From an uncultured Methanosarcinales archaeon (GTDB taxonomy: Archaea > Nanobdellota > Nanobdellia > Woesearchaeales > GW2011-AR9): a DNA stretch of 64,000 nucleotides. The DNA is taken from contig CAZKIP010000004.1 in NCBI GenBank assembly GCA_964552945.1, positions 25,794 to 89,793 of the forward strand, given 5' to 3'. Below are positions 56,125 to 64,000 of the stretch, in pieces (the stretch's first letter is position 1; the number at the start of each line of letters is the position of its first letter). The translations under genes were made by a program, and so were the position numbers. A model generated the notes under the pieces. It was not told the origin of the DNA. It ran no database searches and was given only the letters and a program-made list of their open reading frames with translations.

Positions 56125-57849
56125 ATGAGTGACATCTTAAGGGAAGTTTCTAAAAAAACTGAAGAAAATGAATTTTTCAACTCCGTACCCGAAAATTATG
56201 TTCAAGGAAAAACAAAATTTGTAGTTGTTTCTGGAACAGTTATGTCAGGTTTAGGAAAAGGTATTTTTGCTTCTTCCTTAGCTAAACTATTGCAATTGAA
56301 AGGATTGAATGTAACATTGATGAAATTTGATGGGTACCTTAACGTTGATGCAGGAACTTTGAATCCTTTTAGACATGGAGAGGTTTTTGTTCTTGATGAT
56401 GGTACCGAGAGTGATATGGATATAGGAACTTATGAACGTTTCTTGGGTAAAAATTTGACCAAGAACAATTATTTAACTGGAGGAAAACTATTTTCTAAAA
56501 TTCTTAGTCAAGAAAGAAAAGGAGATTATTTAGGAAGAGATGTCCAATTTATTCCTCATGTAACGGGAGAAATAAAAAATTTTGTTCGTAGTTTAGCTAT
56601 GAACTCTGGAGCAGACGTGGTATTTGTAGAGATAGGTGGAACCGTTGGAGATGTTGAAAACAATTATTTTATTGAAGCTATGCGTGAATTGAGTTATGAG
56701 GAAGGTAGGCAAAATGTTTGTCAAGTTGCTTTAACCTACGTTCTTTCTCCTGCTTTTTTAGGTGAACAAAAAAGTAAGGCAGCACAATTGGGTTTAAAAC
56801 AACTATTAGCCTTGGGGGTTCAACCGGACATTATTGCTTGTAGATGTGAGAATGTTGTTACAGATAAAGTTAGGGAAAAAATTAGTATGGCTGCCAATGT
56901 TCCTTTCTCAAGAGTTGTAAGTGTGCATGATTCTGAGAGTATTTATTTAATTCCAAAATTGCTTGAGAAAAGTAAATTAGATGAACAAACAATTGATTTA
57001 TTAGGAATTAGGGATCGTGTAAATCCTGACTATGAAGCACGTGAAAAATGGGAAAACTATGTTTTTAAAACCCAACATTCTGAAAGAAGAGAACTTGTTA
57101 TTGGGGTTACGGGGAAATATACCTCTTTAAGAGATTCTTATGCTTCAATAATTAAGGCTCTAGAACATGCAGCAACCACTGAAGGGGTTAAAACAAAATT
57201 AAAATGGATTGATACTTCTGATTTAAATGAGCAAGAAGTTGCAAAAGAGTTGTCCGATGTAGATGGAATAATTGTTCCTGGTGCGTTTGGTTCAAGAGGT
57301 GCCGAAGGAAAAATTAATTGTATCAAATTTGCTCGTGAAAATAAAATTCCTTATTTAGGATTATGCTATGGCTTTCAAATGGCTGTAATTGAATTTGCAA
57401 GAAATGTTTGTGGGTTATCTTCAGCGAATACAACCGAAATTGAAGCTAATTGTCAAGAACCAGTGATTGATATTCTTCCTGAACAAAAACAAATTTCTTC
57501 TTTAGGAGGAAATATGCGCCTGGGTGGCCAAGATGTGGAAATAAAACCCGGAACTAGGGCAGAAGAGTTGTATGGTAAATTATCTGTAAGGGAAAGGTTT
57601 AGACATCGTTGGGAATGTAATCCCGATTATTTAAGTAAACTTCAAGATAATGGTTTAATATATTCAGGAAGAGCTCCAGGGAGAGAGATAATGCAGATCC
57701 TAGAACTTCCTAAAACCATTCATCCGTTTTTTGTTGGTACCCAATATCATCCAGAGTATCTTTCAAGGCCTTTGGAACCCCATCCACTATATATTGGTTT
57801 TATCAGAGCTATCCTAACAATTTTTGCCGAAAAGGATAAAAATCTTTAA
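56125..57849 (+). CDS. pyrG: CTP synthase
   Basis: KFVVVSGTVMSGLGKG in the N-terminal synthetase domain. C-terminal GATase with LGLCYGFQ (catalytic Cys) and a conserved His. The tracked ORF starts at TTG 56080; the first ATG is at 56125. Confidence 0.9.
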   Translation: MSDILREVSKKTEENEFFNSVPENYVQGKTKFVVVSGTVMSGLGKGIFASSLAKLLQLKGLNVTLMKFDGYLNVDAGTLNPFRHGEVFVLDDGTESDMDIGTYERFLGKNLTKNNYLTGGKLFSKILSQERKGDYLGRDVQFIPHVTGEIKNFVRSLAMNSGADVVFVEIGGTVGDVENNYFIEAMRELSYEEGRQNVCQVALTYVLSPAFLGEQKSKAAQLGLKQLLALGVQPDIIACRCENVVTDKVREKISMAANVPFSRVVSVHDSESIYLIPKLLEKSKLDEQTIDLLGIRDRVNPDYEAREKWENYVFKTQHSERRELVIGVTGKYTSLRDSYASIIKALEHAATTEGVKTKLKWIDTSDLNEQEVAKELSDVDGIIVPGAFGSRGAEGKINCIKFARENKIPYLGLCYGFQMAVIEFARNVCGLSSANTTEIEANCQEPVIDILPEQKQISSLGGNMRLGGQDVEIKPGTRAEELYGKLSVRERFRHRWECNPDYLSKLQDNGLIYSGRAPGREIMQILELPKTIHPFFVGTQYHPEYLSRPLEPHPLYIGFIRAILTIFAEKDKNL

Positions 57850-57873
57850 GCCGAACATAATATTTATAAATTG

Positions 57874-58773
57874 ATGACTATCTTGGAGAAAGTAATGAAC
57901 AAACTTAAGCAGCTTTATGAAACTAAGTACAAACTTCTTTTGTTAATTCCTACACTTCTTTTAGTTTTTGCAGTGGTTCAAATTGGACTGCAATATTCCC
58001 TGACAGGGGATTTTGTTAATAGAGGAGTTAGTTTAAGTGGTGGTTCAACCATTACAATCATAGATGGTTCAATAGTTTCAGAAGAAGCATTACTTAATTT
58101 TCTCAATAAAAAGTTTCCTCAGAAGGAAATATCAATCAGAACTCTTGGTTCTGCAGGAAGTTCAATTAGTTTAGCAATAGATTCAGAACTTCAAGATGCA
58201 AAGGACATCACTGCTTTAAGAAATGTTTTGATTAAGGAATTAAAGTTAAAAGAAGGAGATTATACTGTAGAGGTAATGGGTTCATCTCTTGGAGAAAGAT
58301 TTTTTACTCAGACTATTTATGCACTTCTTGTTGCTTTCTTATTAATGGGAATAGTTGTTTTCATATATTTTAGATCTATTGCTCCTAGTCTGGCGGTAAT
58401 TTTGGCAGCATTTTCTGATATAATTGTGACTTTATCAATTTTTAATCTTACGGGAATTAAGTTAAGTACCGCAGGAATTGCAGCTTTCTTAATGTTGATT
58501 GGTTATTCTGTTGATACAGACATTTTGCTTAGTTCTAGGGTTTTGAAAAGAAAGGTAGGGACTATTATGGAAAGAGTATACGGAGCAATGAAAACTGGTT
58601 TAACTATGAGTTCTACCACTTTAACTGCAGTTTTTGTAGCTTTTATTTTTGTAAAAAGTGATGTAATTAAACAAATCATGATTATTTTATTCATTGGGTT
58701 ATTAGTAGATTTAATAATGACTTGGATTCAGAATGTAGGAATTTTGAGAATTTATTTGGAGAAGAAAAAATGA
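57874..58773 (+). CDS. secF: Protein-export membrane protein SecF
   Basis: ~300 aa, 6 TM, with a periplasmic loop after TM1. ATGA overlap with secD. The secF-secD order is typical of archaea. Confidence 0.7.
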   Translation: MTILEKVMNKLKQLYETKYKLLLLIPTLLLVFAVVQIGLQYSLTGDFVNRGVSLSGGSTITIIDGSIVSEEALLNFLNKKFPQKEISIRTLGSAGSSISLAIDSELQDAKDITALRNVLIKELKLKEGDYTVEVMGSSLGERFFTQTIYALLVAFLLMGIVVFIYFRSIAPSLAVILAAFSDIIVTLSIFNLTGIKLSTAGIAAFLMLIGYSVDTDILLSSRVLKRKVGTIMERVYGAMKTGLTMSSTTLTAVFVAFIFVKSDVIKQIMIILFIGLLVDLIMTWIQNVGILRIYLEKKK

Positions 58774-60356
58774 AAGATAATTTGAAAAAAATATTTACTC
58801 ATTGGAAAATCCTTCTCCTACTCTTTTTTGTGATTTTAGCAGTAGTAGCAATAAGACCACAATTTTTAGGTGCAGAAGGAGTTACAATAAGAAGTATCTA
58901 TCAAAACTCTTCAGCTGCTAATGCAGGAATGATTAATCCCTCTGATAAAGATATGCCTTTAGATAAAGAGCAGATTGTTTCCATAGATGGAGAAAAAATT
59001 TTATCTGAAGAAAGTTATTATAATATAGAAGGAAAACTTAAGAAAAACAGAACAGTAAGGGTTAAAACTAACAGACAAAGTTATACATTATTAACTAAAG
59101 AAAATCCTGAAGGTATCGTTGATTTAGGTTTAAAGATATACAATGCTCCTTCTAGCAATCTTCGTAAAGGTCTTGATTTGGAAGGTGGTACGAGAGTTCT
59201 TCTATCACCAGCTGAGAAAGTAAGTGATGAAATTTTTGATTTAACCATTGATAATTTGAAAGAAAGGTTGAATGTTTATGGTTTAAGTGATATTGTTGTT
59301 AGAAAAGCTGCAGATTTATCTGGAGATAATTTTATTTTAATTGAAATGGCAGGAGTTACGGAAGATGAAGTAAGAGAGCTTCTGTCTAAGCAGGGAAAAT
59401 TTGAAGCAGTTATAGTTAATGAAACTGTTTTTTTTGGTGGTAAGAAAGATATCACTTATGTTTGTAGGAGTGCAGAATGTTCAGGGATAGACCCAAATAG
59501 AGGATGTTCAAAATCAGGATCTGGTTACGCTTGCGGATTTTTCTTTTCTATTACTCTAAGCCCAGTAGCGGCTCAAAGACAAGCCGATGCTACTGCAACT
59601 TTGAAGAGAGTAAGTGAAGGTGGCCAGTGTTATTTAAGTGATAGTATTAAATTATTTCTTGATGATAAGGAAGTAGATAGTTTACGTATTGGGTGTGAGT
59701 TGCAAGGAAGAGCAACAACTCAAATTCAAATTTCTGGTTCAGGTCTTGGAAGAACTGAACAAGAAGCGGTCACAAATACTTTACAAGATATGAAGAAATT
59801 ACAGACGGTTATTATGACTGGAAGTTTGCCGGTTAAATTAGACGTTGTTAAGATGGATAGAGTTTCTCCAACATTGGGAGAAGAATTTTTAAATAATGTT
59901 TTATTGGTTGGTTTACTAGTAATTCTTGCAGTTGTTACAGTTGTTTTTATTAGATATAGGAGAATAAAAATAGTTCTTCCGATGATTTTAACATTAATCT
60001 CAGAAATAGTTCTTATTTTAGGGTTTGCTGCATCCTTCCGTTGGAACTTAGATTTGGCGGCTATTGCGGGAATAATTATTGTTGTAGGAACGGGAGTGGA
60101 TCATTTAATTGTAATTACCGATGAAACTTTGAGAGGAGAGGAGACCTCCAGTTGGAAAGCAAGAATTAAACAGGCTATGTTCATTGTAATGGGGGCTTAC
60201 TTAACTACGGTTGTGGGAATGCTTCCACTTTATTGGGCAGGTGCAGGTTTGTTGAAAGGTTTCGCTCTAACTACCATTGCAGGTATTTCTTTCGGAGTTT
60301 TAATTGCTCGACCTGCTTTTGCTGCTGCAATAGAAATATTGATTGGTGATGAATAA
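58770..60356 (+). CDS. secD: Protein-export membrane protein SecD
   Basis: N-terminal TM, ~370-aa periplasmic domain, C-terminal 5-TM SSD-like domain. The tracked ORF starts at TTG 58722. Confidence 0.7.
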   Translation: MKDNLKKIFTHWKILLLLFFVILAVVAIRPQFLGAEGVTIRSIYQNSSAANAGMINPSDKDMPLDKEQIVSIDGEKILSEESYYNIEGKLKKNRTVRVKTNRQSYTLLTKENPEGIVDLGLKIYNAPSSNLRKGLDLEGGTRVLLSPAEKVSDEIFDLTIDNLKERLNVYGLSDIVVRKAADLSGDNFILIEMAGVTEDEVRELLSKQGKFEAVIVNETVFFGGKKDITYVCRSAECSGIDPNRGCSKSGSGYACGFFFSITLSPVAAQRQADATATLKRVSEGGQCYLSDSIKLFLDDKEVDSLRIGCELQGRATTQIQISGSGLGRTEQEAVTNTLQDMKKLQTVIMTGSLPVKLDVVKMDRVSPTLGEEFLNNVLLVGLLVILAVVTVVFIRYRRIKIVLPMILTLISEIVLILGFAASFRWNLDLAAIAGIIIVVGTGVDHLIVITDETLRGEETSSWKARIKQAMFIVMGAYLTTVVGMLPLYWAGAGLLKGFALTTIAGISFGVLIARPAFAAAIEILIGDE

Positions 60357-60391
60357 AATTTTTTTAGAGTTTTTTAATTATAATTATTTAC

Positions 60392-60892
60392 TTATCTATT
60401 TTTTATGTGTATCCTTAGTTGATCAATAAGATAAGGTAGAATGAAAGCTACTGCAAAAATAATGCTTATTACCCAAGGATTGTGAGGATTGTTTTGTATT
60501 TCTAATTCAGAAATAAATCTGTTGGATATTATAACGACTACCACCATATTAACTAGAGTTAGCAAAGGAACAATTATACTGGCAAACAAATGATGTTTTT
60601 TTTCTAAATGTCCAATGTCTGTAATTAAAAAATTGTATGTGAACCCAATTGTTGCAGCTAAGATTGTGACAAAAGTATAGAGGACAGCTTTACTGAAAAC
60701 AATAAGAAAAGGAACCATCACAAGAGAAACTGCCAGGTTGGCTAAGATAATAACCACTAAGGCGGTTCCAAAAACAATTTTTGATAAGAAGACATCTTTC
60801 TTTTCTTCTTTTTCTAAAATGTTTTCTGCATTAATTATATCTTCATCGCTCCATCCTTTATTTTGAAGCTCAAGTTTTCTTGTTTTTCTCAT
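60392..60892 (-). CDS. Membrane protein (4 TM), function unknown; in an operon with the MinD-like ATPase
   Basis: 166 aa. ATGA-type overlap with the upstream gene. Confidence 0.45.
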   Translation of the reverse strand: MRKTRKLELQNKGWSDEDIINAENILEKEEKKDVFLSKIVFGTALVVIILANLAVSLVMVPFLIVFSKAVLYTFVTILAATIGFTYNFLITDIGHLEKKHHLFASIIVPLLTLVNMVVVVIISNRFISELEIQNNPHNPWVISIIFAVAFILPYLIDQLRIHIKNR

Positions 60893-61608
60893 TTTATTTT
60901 TTGTTCAAAAGCTAAGTGTTCAGCAACTTTGTTAAATTCTTTAGCGGAACGAGAACGAGGATAAAGATAGTTTAAAGGAAGTTGTTTATGTAGCGATTTC
61001 CTTATTTTGCGATCGTGTTTAACATTTCCAAGTAAAGGGTATCCTAGAATTTCAGAAATTTCTTTGGAAGAAAGTTCATGTCTTCCACCATTGCTCATGT
61101 TAAGAACTATCCCAGAAACAAGAGTTTCATGAGTTTTAGCCAACTTAATTGTTTTCAAAGCGTCCATAACTGAACTTAAATTAGGGTTGACAACAATAAG
61201 AACTTCATCACAATTTTTAATCACTTGGCTAACTTCATAACCAAGGCCGCTAGGAGAATCTACTAAAACAAAATCTGAAGATTGATGAAGATGATTAAAC
61301 ACTTTTGAAATATTTTGAACATTTGTTTTTAGAAATTCTTTGTAAGAAGGGGAAGAAGGTACAAACGAAAGACCACTTTCATGAAGATAAGTTATGTCCT
61401 TGATACTTTTTTCTTTTCTTAAGAATTGATTTAAAGTGTTTTGTGGATTCATTAAACCAAGTTGAATTGCTAAATTTGGAGTTACAAGGTTTGCGTCAAC
61501 CAAAACAACTTTTTTTCCAAGATTTACTAGAGCTTGGCCTAAATTCAAAGTGGTGGTAGTTTTTCCAACGCCTCCTTTTCCAGATGCTAAAGCAATAAAC
61601 TTAGTCAT
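60889..61608 (-). CDS. MinD/ParA-family P-loop ATPase
   Basis: ALASGKGGVGKTTTTLNLG is the deviant Walker A. 239 aa. Confidence 0.8.
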   Translation of the reverse strand: MTKFIALASGKGGVGKTTTTLNLGQALVNLGKKVVLVDANLVTPNLAIQLGLMNPQNTLNQFLRKEKSIKDITYLHESGLSFVPSSPSYKEFLKTNVQNISKVFNHLHQSSDFVLVDSPSGLGYEVSQVIKNCDEVLIVVNPNLSSVMDALKTIKLAKTHETLVSGIVLNMSNGGRHELSSKEISEILGYPLLGNVKHDRKIRKSLHKQLPLNYLYPRSRSAKEFNKVAEHLAFEQKIK

Positions 61609-61724
61609 TATGTATCCCTCTTTTAACTTTATTTAAAATTAATAGTTTAAAACAAAGAGAAGAAGTATTTAATATTTTTGCTCTCTCATCATCTAAGATT
61701 TAAAAATTATCCATAAATAATTGT

Positions 61725-62198
61725 TCATAAATCATCTTCTTCTGGTTTTCCTACAAGGGTTTCCCAAGCATAATTGAAAAATTTATGGATATACCTTTCA
61801 CTATTCAAAAGATTATCAATTGTTAATTCAGCAGTGCTATCCTCCAATTTGACAATAAGTGTTACATGCCTACGGAACTCTTCTCTTCTTTCATATGGTT
61901 GATTTAGGATATTTTTTAGAAAATGATAGAAAACCATATATTTTTCTAATTCCTTGTCTTCTGGTAACATTTCTAAGAGCCTTTTTGCCCTTAAAGCTGG
62001 ACTTTTAGGTAATGCTCCCATTTTTCCTTCTTCTTTACCTTTCTCTAGAAATGCTTCAATTATTAAATCGTATGTGCCTACTATTCTTCTCAAAGCGTTA
62101 AGAATTACGTCAACTGTCCGAGTATATTTCAAGCTCACATAAATGATGTGTTCAAGCCTCTTCAATTCTTCTCTTGCTTCTAAAATATAATCTTCCAT
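61725..62198 (-). CDS. Hypothetical alpha-helical protein
   Basis: 157 aa. No recognisable motif. Confidence 0.4.
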   Translation of the reverse strand: MEDYILEAREELKRLEHIIYVSLKYTRTVDVILNALRRIVGTYDLIIEAFLEKGKEEGKMGALPKSPALRAKRLLEMLPEDKELEKYMVFYHFLKNILNQPYERREEFRRHVTLIVKLEDSTAELTIDNLLNSERYIHKFFNYAWETLVGKPEEDDL

Positions 62199-62228
62199 TT
62201 GTTTGGGAAGAGATAATGAGTGCTTCTC

Positions 62229-62720
62229 CTATTTATTCTTTTCTGTTAAATTTTCAGTAATGATTTTTTCCATGAAGGAAAGGAATTCTTTATTTTTTTG
62301 CAAATGTCCTTTCAATTCTCTAAGTGTGATTGTTTTTAAGTCATAATCTCCTGTACAAATAACAAACTTTTTTTTTCTAGAGAAATCTATTGGGCTCTTT
62401 TTCTGGGCATCTATGATATCTTTAAGTGACAATATTAAGTCTAAATAATCTTGTGATAAATTGTGTCTTGAAGCAACTTTATGGATAAATACGTTCATTT
62501 TACCTTGAAAATTGTCATTGAAAGGAGGAATTAAATTTAATGAACGTTCATATTTTAAGATGGTTTCAATCGCTGCTTCATATGAATTTAGAATGTTTTG
62601 AGTTATCCCAAGAAGAAGTTTTGGATCTTTTATAAGGGGAAAAGTAACGTGAATAAGGTGGAATGCCACATCATGTTGCATATGGGCCTCCTTTCTCGAA
62701 GAAAGATGGTCAGAGGACAT
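62229..62720 (-). CDS. Hypothetical protein
   Basis: 163 aa. No recognisable motif. Confidence 0.4.
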   Translation of the reverse strand: MSSDHLSSRKEAHMQHDVAFHLIHVTFPLIKDPKLLLGITQNILNSYEAAIETILKYERSLNLIPPFNDNFQGKMNVFIHKVASRHNLSQDYLDLILSLKDIIDAQKKSPIDFSRKKKFVICTGDYDLKTITLRELKGHLQKNKEFLSFMEKIITENLTEKNK

Positions 62721-62791
62721 AATTTGCTCATAAGTTAAAGAACTATAAAAATTTATTGAGCAGAATTGAGAAAATTAGAATAATTTCTGGT

Positions 62792-63139
62792 TTATTCACT
62801 TTGGTTGGTAAGGCTGATAATCGCTTCGGCTAAATCGCCATTAGCTTCTTCAACGGCTTTCTTAGCAGTTTCTTCATCAACACTGGCTTGTTCCATAACC
62901 GTTTGAATATCTTCTTCAGATATCTCAGGAGTTGTGGAAAGTTCTCTCTCTGAGACTTCTCCAGAAATTTGGTAATTATCTTTTCCCATCATGTTAACTT
63001 TTGCTACAGAAGGGTTTGAAATAATTATCTCTTTATCGTCCGTTTTTATGATGACTTCAGTTGCAGGAATATCTACTTGTTGAATTCCCATCTGCTTCAT
63101 CATTTGCTGCATCTTTCTAGGATTGATTCCAGGGAACAT
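62792..63139 (-). CDS. nac: Nascent polypeptide-associated complex alpha subunit (NAC domain plus UBA)
   Basis: MFPGINPRKMQQMMKQMGIQ...EVIIKTDDKEIII (NAC). C-terminus EETAKKAVEEANGDLAEAIISL (UBA). Confidence 0.8.
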   Translation of the reverse strand: MFPGINPRKMQQMMKQMGIQQVDIPATEVIIKTDDKEIIISNPSVAKVNMMGKDNYQISGEVSERELSTTPEISEEDIQTVMEQASVDEETAKKAVEEANGDLAEAIISLTNQSE

Positions 63140-63145
63140 TTTTAG

Positions 63146-63315
63146 TTAAAAAAAAGCCCTCCAAATTGATGTAGGATTATTACAATAATCATAATAATGA
63201 TGCTTAGAACGATAATTGATCCTGGAGAAAGTTCGATTTTAGAAGTGGATTCTTCAAAATACCTTGTTAATCCTCCTTGTCCAGAAGGCATATTTATTCT
63301 GTTGTCTTTTCCCAT
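63146..63315 (-). CDS. secG: Preprotein translocase subunit Sec61-beta (SecG)
   Basis: Not in the ORF track. MGKDNRINMPSGQGGLTRYFEESTSKIELSPGSIIVLSIIIMIIVIILHQFGGLFF (56 aa). PSGxGGLxRYF plus a C-terminal TM is the Sec61-beta hallmark. Confidence 0.6.
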
Positions 63316-63339
63316 ATAAATCTTACAAAGTTCCCTGAG

Positions 63340-63450
63340 CGAAAAATGATATTTCGCTTGGGCGCCAGCAAAGTCGTTGCTTTGCTGTGCGTATCATCCG
63401 ATGAGATGCCACGTTCGCTTGCGCTCAGTGCCATGCGGAGATAAAAATTG
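63340..63450 (+). ncRNA. Candidate structured ncRNA (GC-rich with nested inverted repeats), class unknown
   Basis: ccctgagcg...cgctcag is a terminal IR. aatgata...tatcatt is an inner IR. cagcaaag-tcgttg-ctttgctg is a perfect 8-bp hairpin. Followed by cctcgttttttctc. ~55 % GC against a ~33 % background. Strand uncertain. Confidence 0.35.
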
Positions 63451-63528
63451 TCCTCGTTTTTTCTCTAGATTATTTATGTTTTATAAGGTTTTTGTTAATA
63501 ATGATATTTTGACCTTTTTAAAAAAGAG

Positions 63529-63867
63529 GGTAGAGTGACATAAGCCGCCTTCTGTCAACCTTCGAATCGAACAGGTTGTGGAAGCATTTTACTAAGCGTG
63601 CTAAGCACTTGCACCGGCAAGGATTCGCCGTTTCATCGATCCCATGTCCAACGTCATTGGGTTAACTCACTTGTTTCGCAACAAGCTTCGCCATAACAAA
63701 AACCCAGGGTTTTTGAGAGTTCCTAGGAACAAATCATTCTAAGACATGGACGTGTCGTTTCTGAGCCAGAGCCATGAATTTCTCCATCTCATGAAGTTGC
63801 CTTTTATGGTGGGCGGACTTTCCTCACAAACATCAATTGTTAGCGTGAGCTTCCTGCCACTACTACC
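63529..63867 (-). ncRNA. rnpB: RNase P RNA (archaeal type A-like)
   Basis: Minus-strand reading contains GUGAGGAAAGUCCGCCCACC (CR-I/P4 5' strand) and GACAGAAGGCGGCUUAUG (CR-V/P4 3' strand). The compensatory CCGCC/GGCGG pair replaces the usual CCGGG/CCCGG. A P3 hairpin CUCACgcuaacaauugauguuuGUGAG precedes CR-I. P1 pairs GGUAGUAGUG with CACUCUACC. Confidence 0.75.
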
Positions 63868-63929
63868 ATTAGTCTTTGGGAAGTAGTTACTATATAAATG
63901 TTTCCTATTATGAAGAATTAAGAACAAAT

Positions 63930-64000
63930 TTACCTTACAACTTCTACTTTTAGTAACAATTCCCTCATTCCTTCTTCATGGCCAGCTCCAACAATTGCTA
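63930..64000 (-). CDS. 3' end (C-terminus) of a minus-strand gene that continues beyond the window
   Basis: In-frame ...AIVGAGHEEGMRELLLKVEVVR* ending at the stop at 63930-63932. Identity unknown. Confidence 0.25.
   Translation of the reverse strand, partial: AIVGAGHEEGMRELLLKVEVVR

Noticed and set aside
57874-60356. Misordered secD/secF
   Set aside because: The secF-then-secD order, with the shorter 300-aa protein first, is the usual archaeal arrangement.
63739-63927. 62-aa minus-strand ORF
   Set aside because: It lies entirely within the RNase P RNA gene, which has strong conserved CR-I/CR-V motifs.
1-64000. Bacterial origin of the window (E. coli-like ThyA, Csp, SD sequences, SecD/F, MinD)
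   Set aside because: Unambiguous archaeal markers are present: histone, aIF-5A with the hypusine loop, aRF1 with NIKS, RadA, Sec61-beta, NAC-alpha, Rpp21, type-A-like RNase P RNA, and TATA-box promoters. The bacterial-type genes are better explained as horizontal acquisitions.

Overview
AT-rich window (roughly one-third GC by eye) from an archaeal chromosome. The archaeal assignment rests on recognisable markers: histone, aIF-5A, aRF1 (NIKS and GGQ motifs), RadA, Sec61-beta, NAC-alpha, RNase P protein Rpp21, an RNase P RNA, and Lrp and TrmB regulators. Shine-Dalgarno-like GGAGG/GAGGTG leaders are common, TTG/GTG starts are frequent, and many genes overlap as ATGA or TAATG, which suggests operons with translational coupling.

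The first ~28 kb is a cell-surface gene island with three parts. (a) Giant cysteine-rich secreted proteins of about 1772, 784 and 2140 aa (the first counted from its probable ATG at 742), each with an N-terminus that looks like an archaeal class III (prepilin-like) signal. They carry thrombospondin-type-3-like D-x-D-x-DG motifs and FN3- and carboxypeptidase-regulatory-like repeats. (b) A divergent pair of Lrp/AsnC regulators. (c) A 9.4-kb run of at least 15 overlapping small genes, each starting with an M-x(1-4)-[KR][KR][GA]-[QALVM] + hydrophobic-helix motif (type IV pilin-like). No assembly ATPase, membrane platform or prepilin peptidase gene is present in the window. This pilin/adhesin island is the candidate novel system.

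The remaining ~36 kb is mostly housekeeping: RPA, Csp, TrmB, RadA, dCTP-deaminase-like, TRAM, ThpR, PpsA, Rpp21, PadR, PepA, TrxB, a bacterial-type glyA-folA-thyA cluster with folC, an S2P protease, a cysteine-less L40e-like protein, aIF5A, histone, aRF1, an ABC transporter, PyrG, SecF/SecD, a MinD-like ATPase, NAC, Sec61-beta and the RNase P RNA, plus several GC-rich candidate ncRNA elements.
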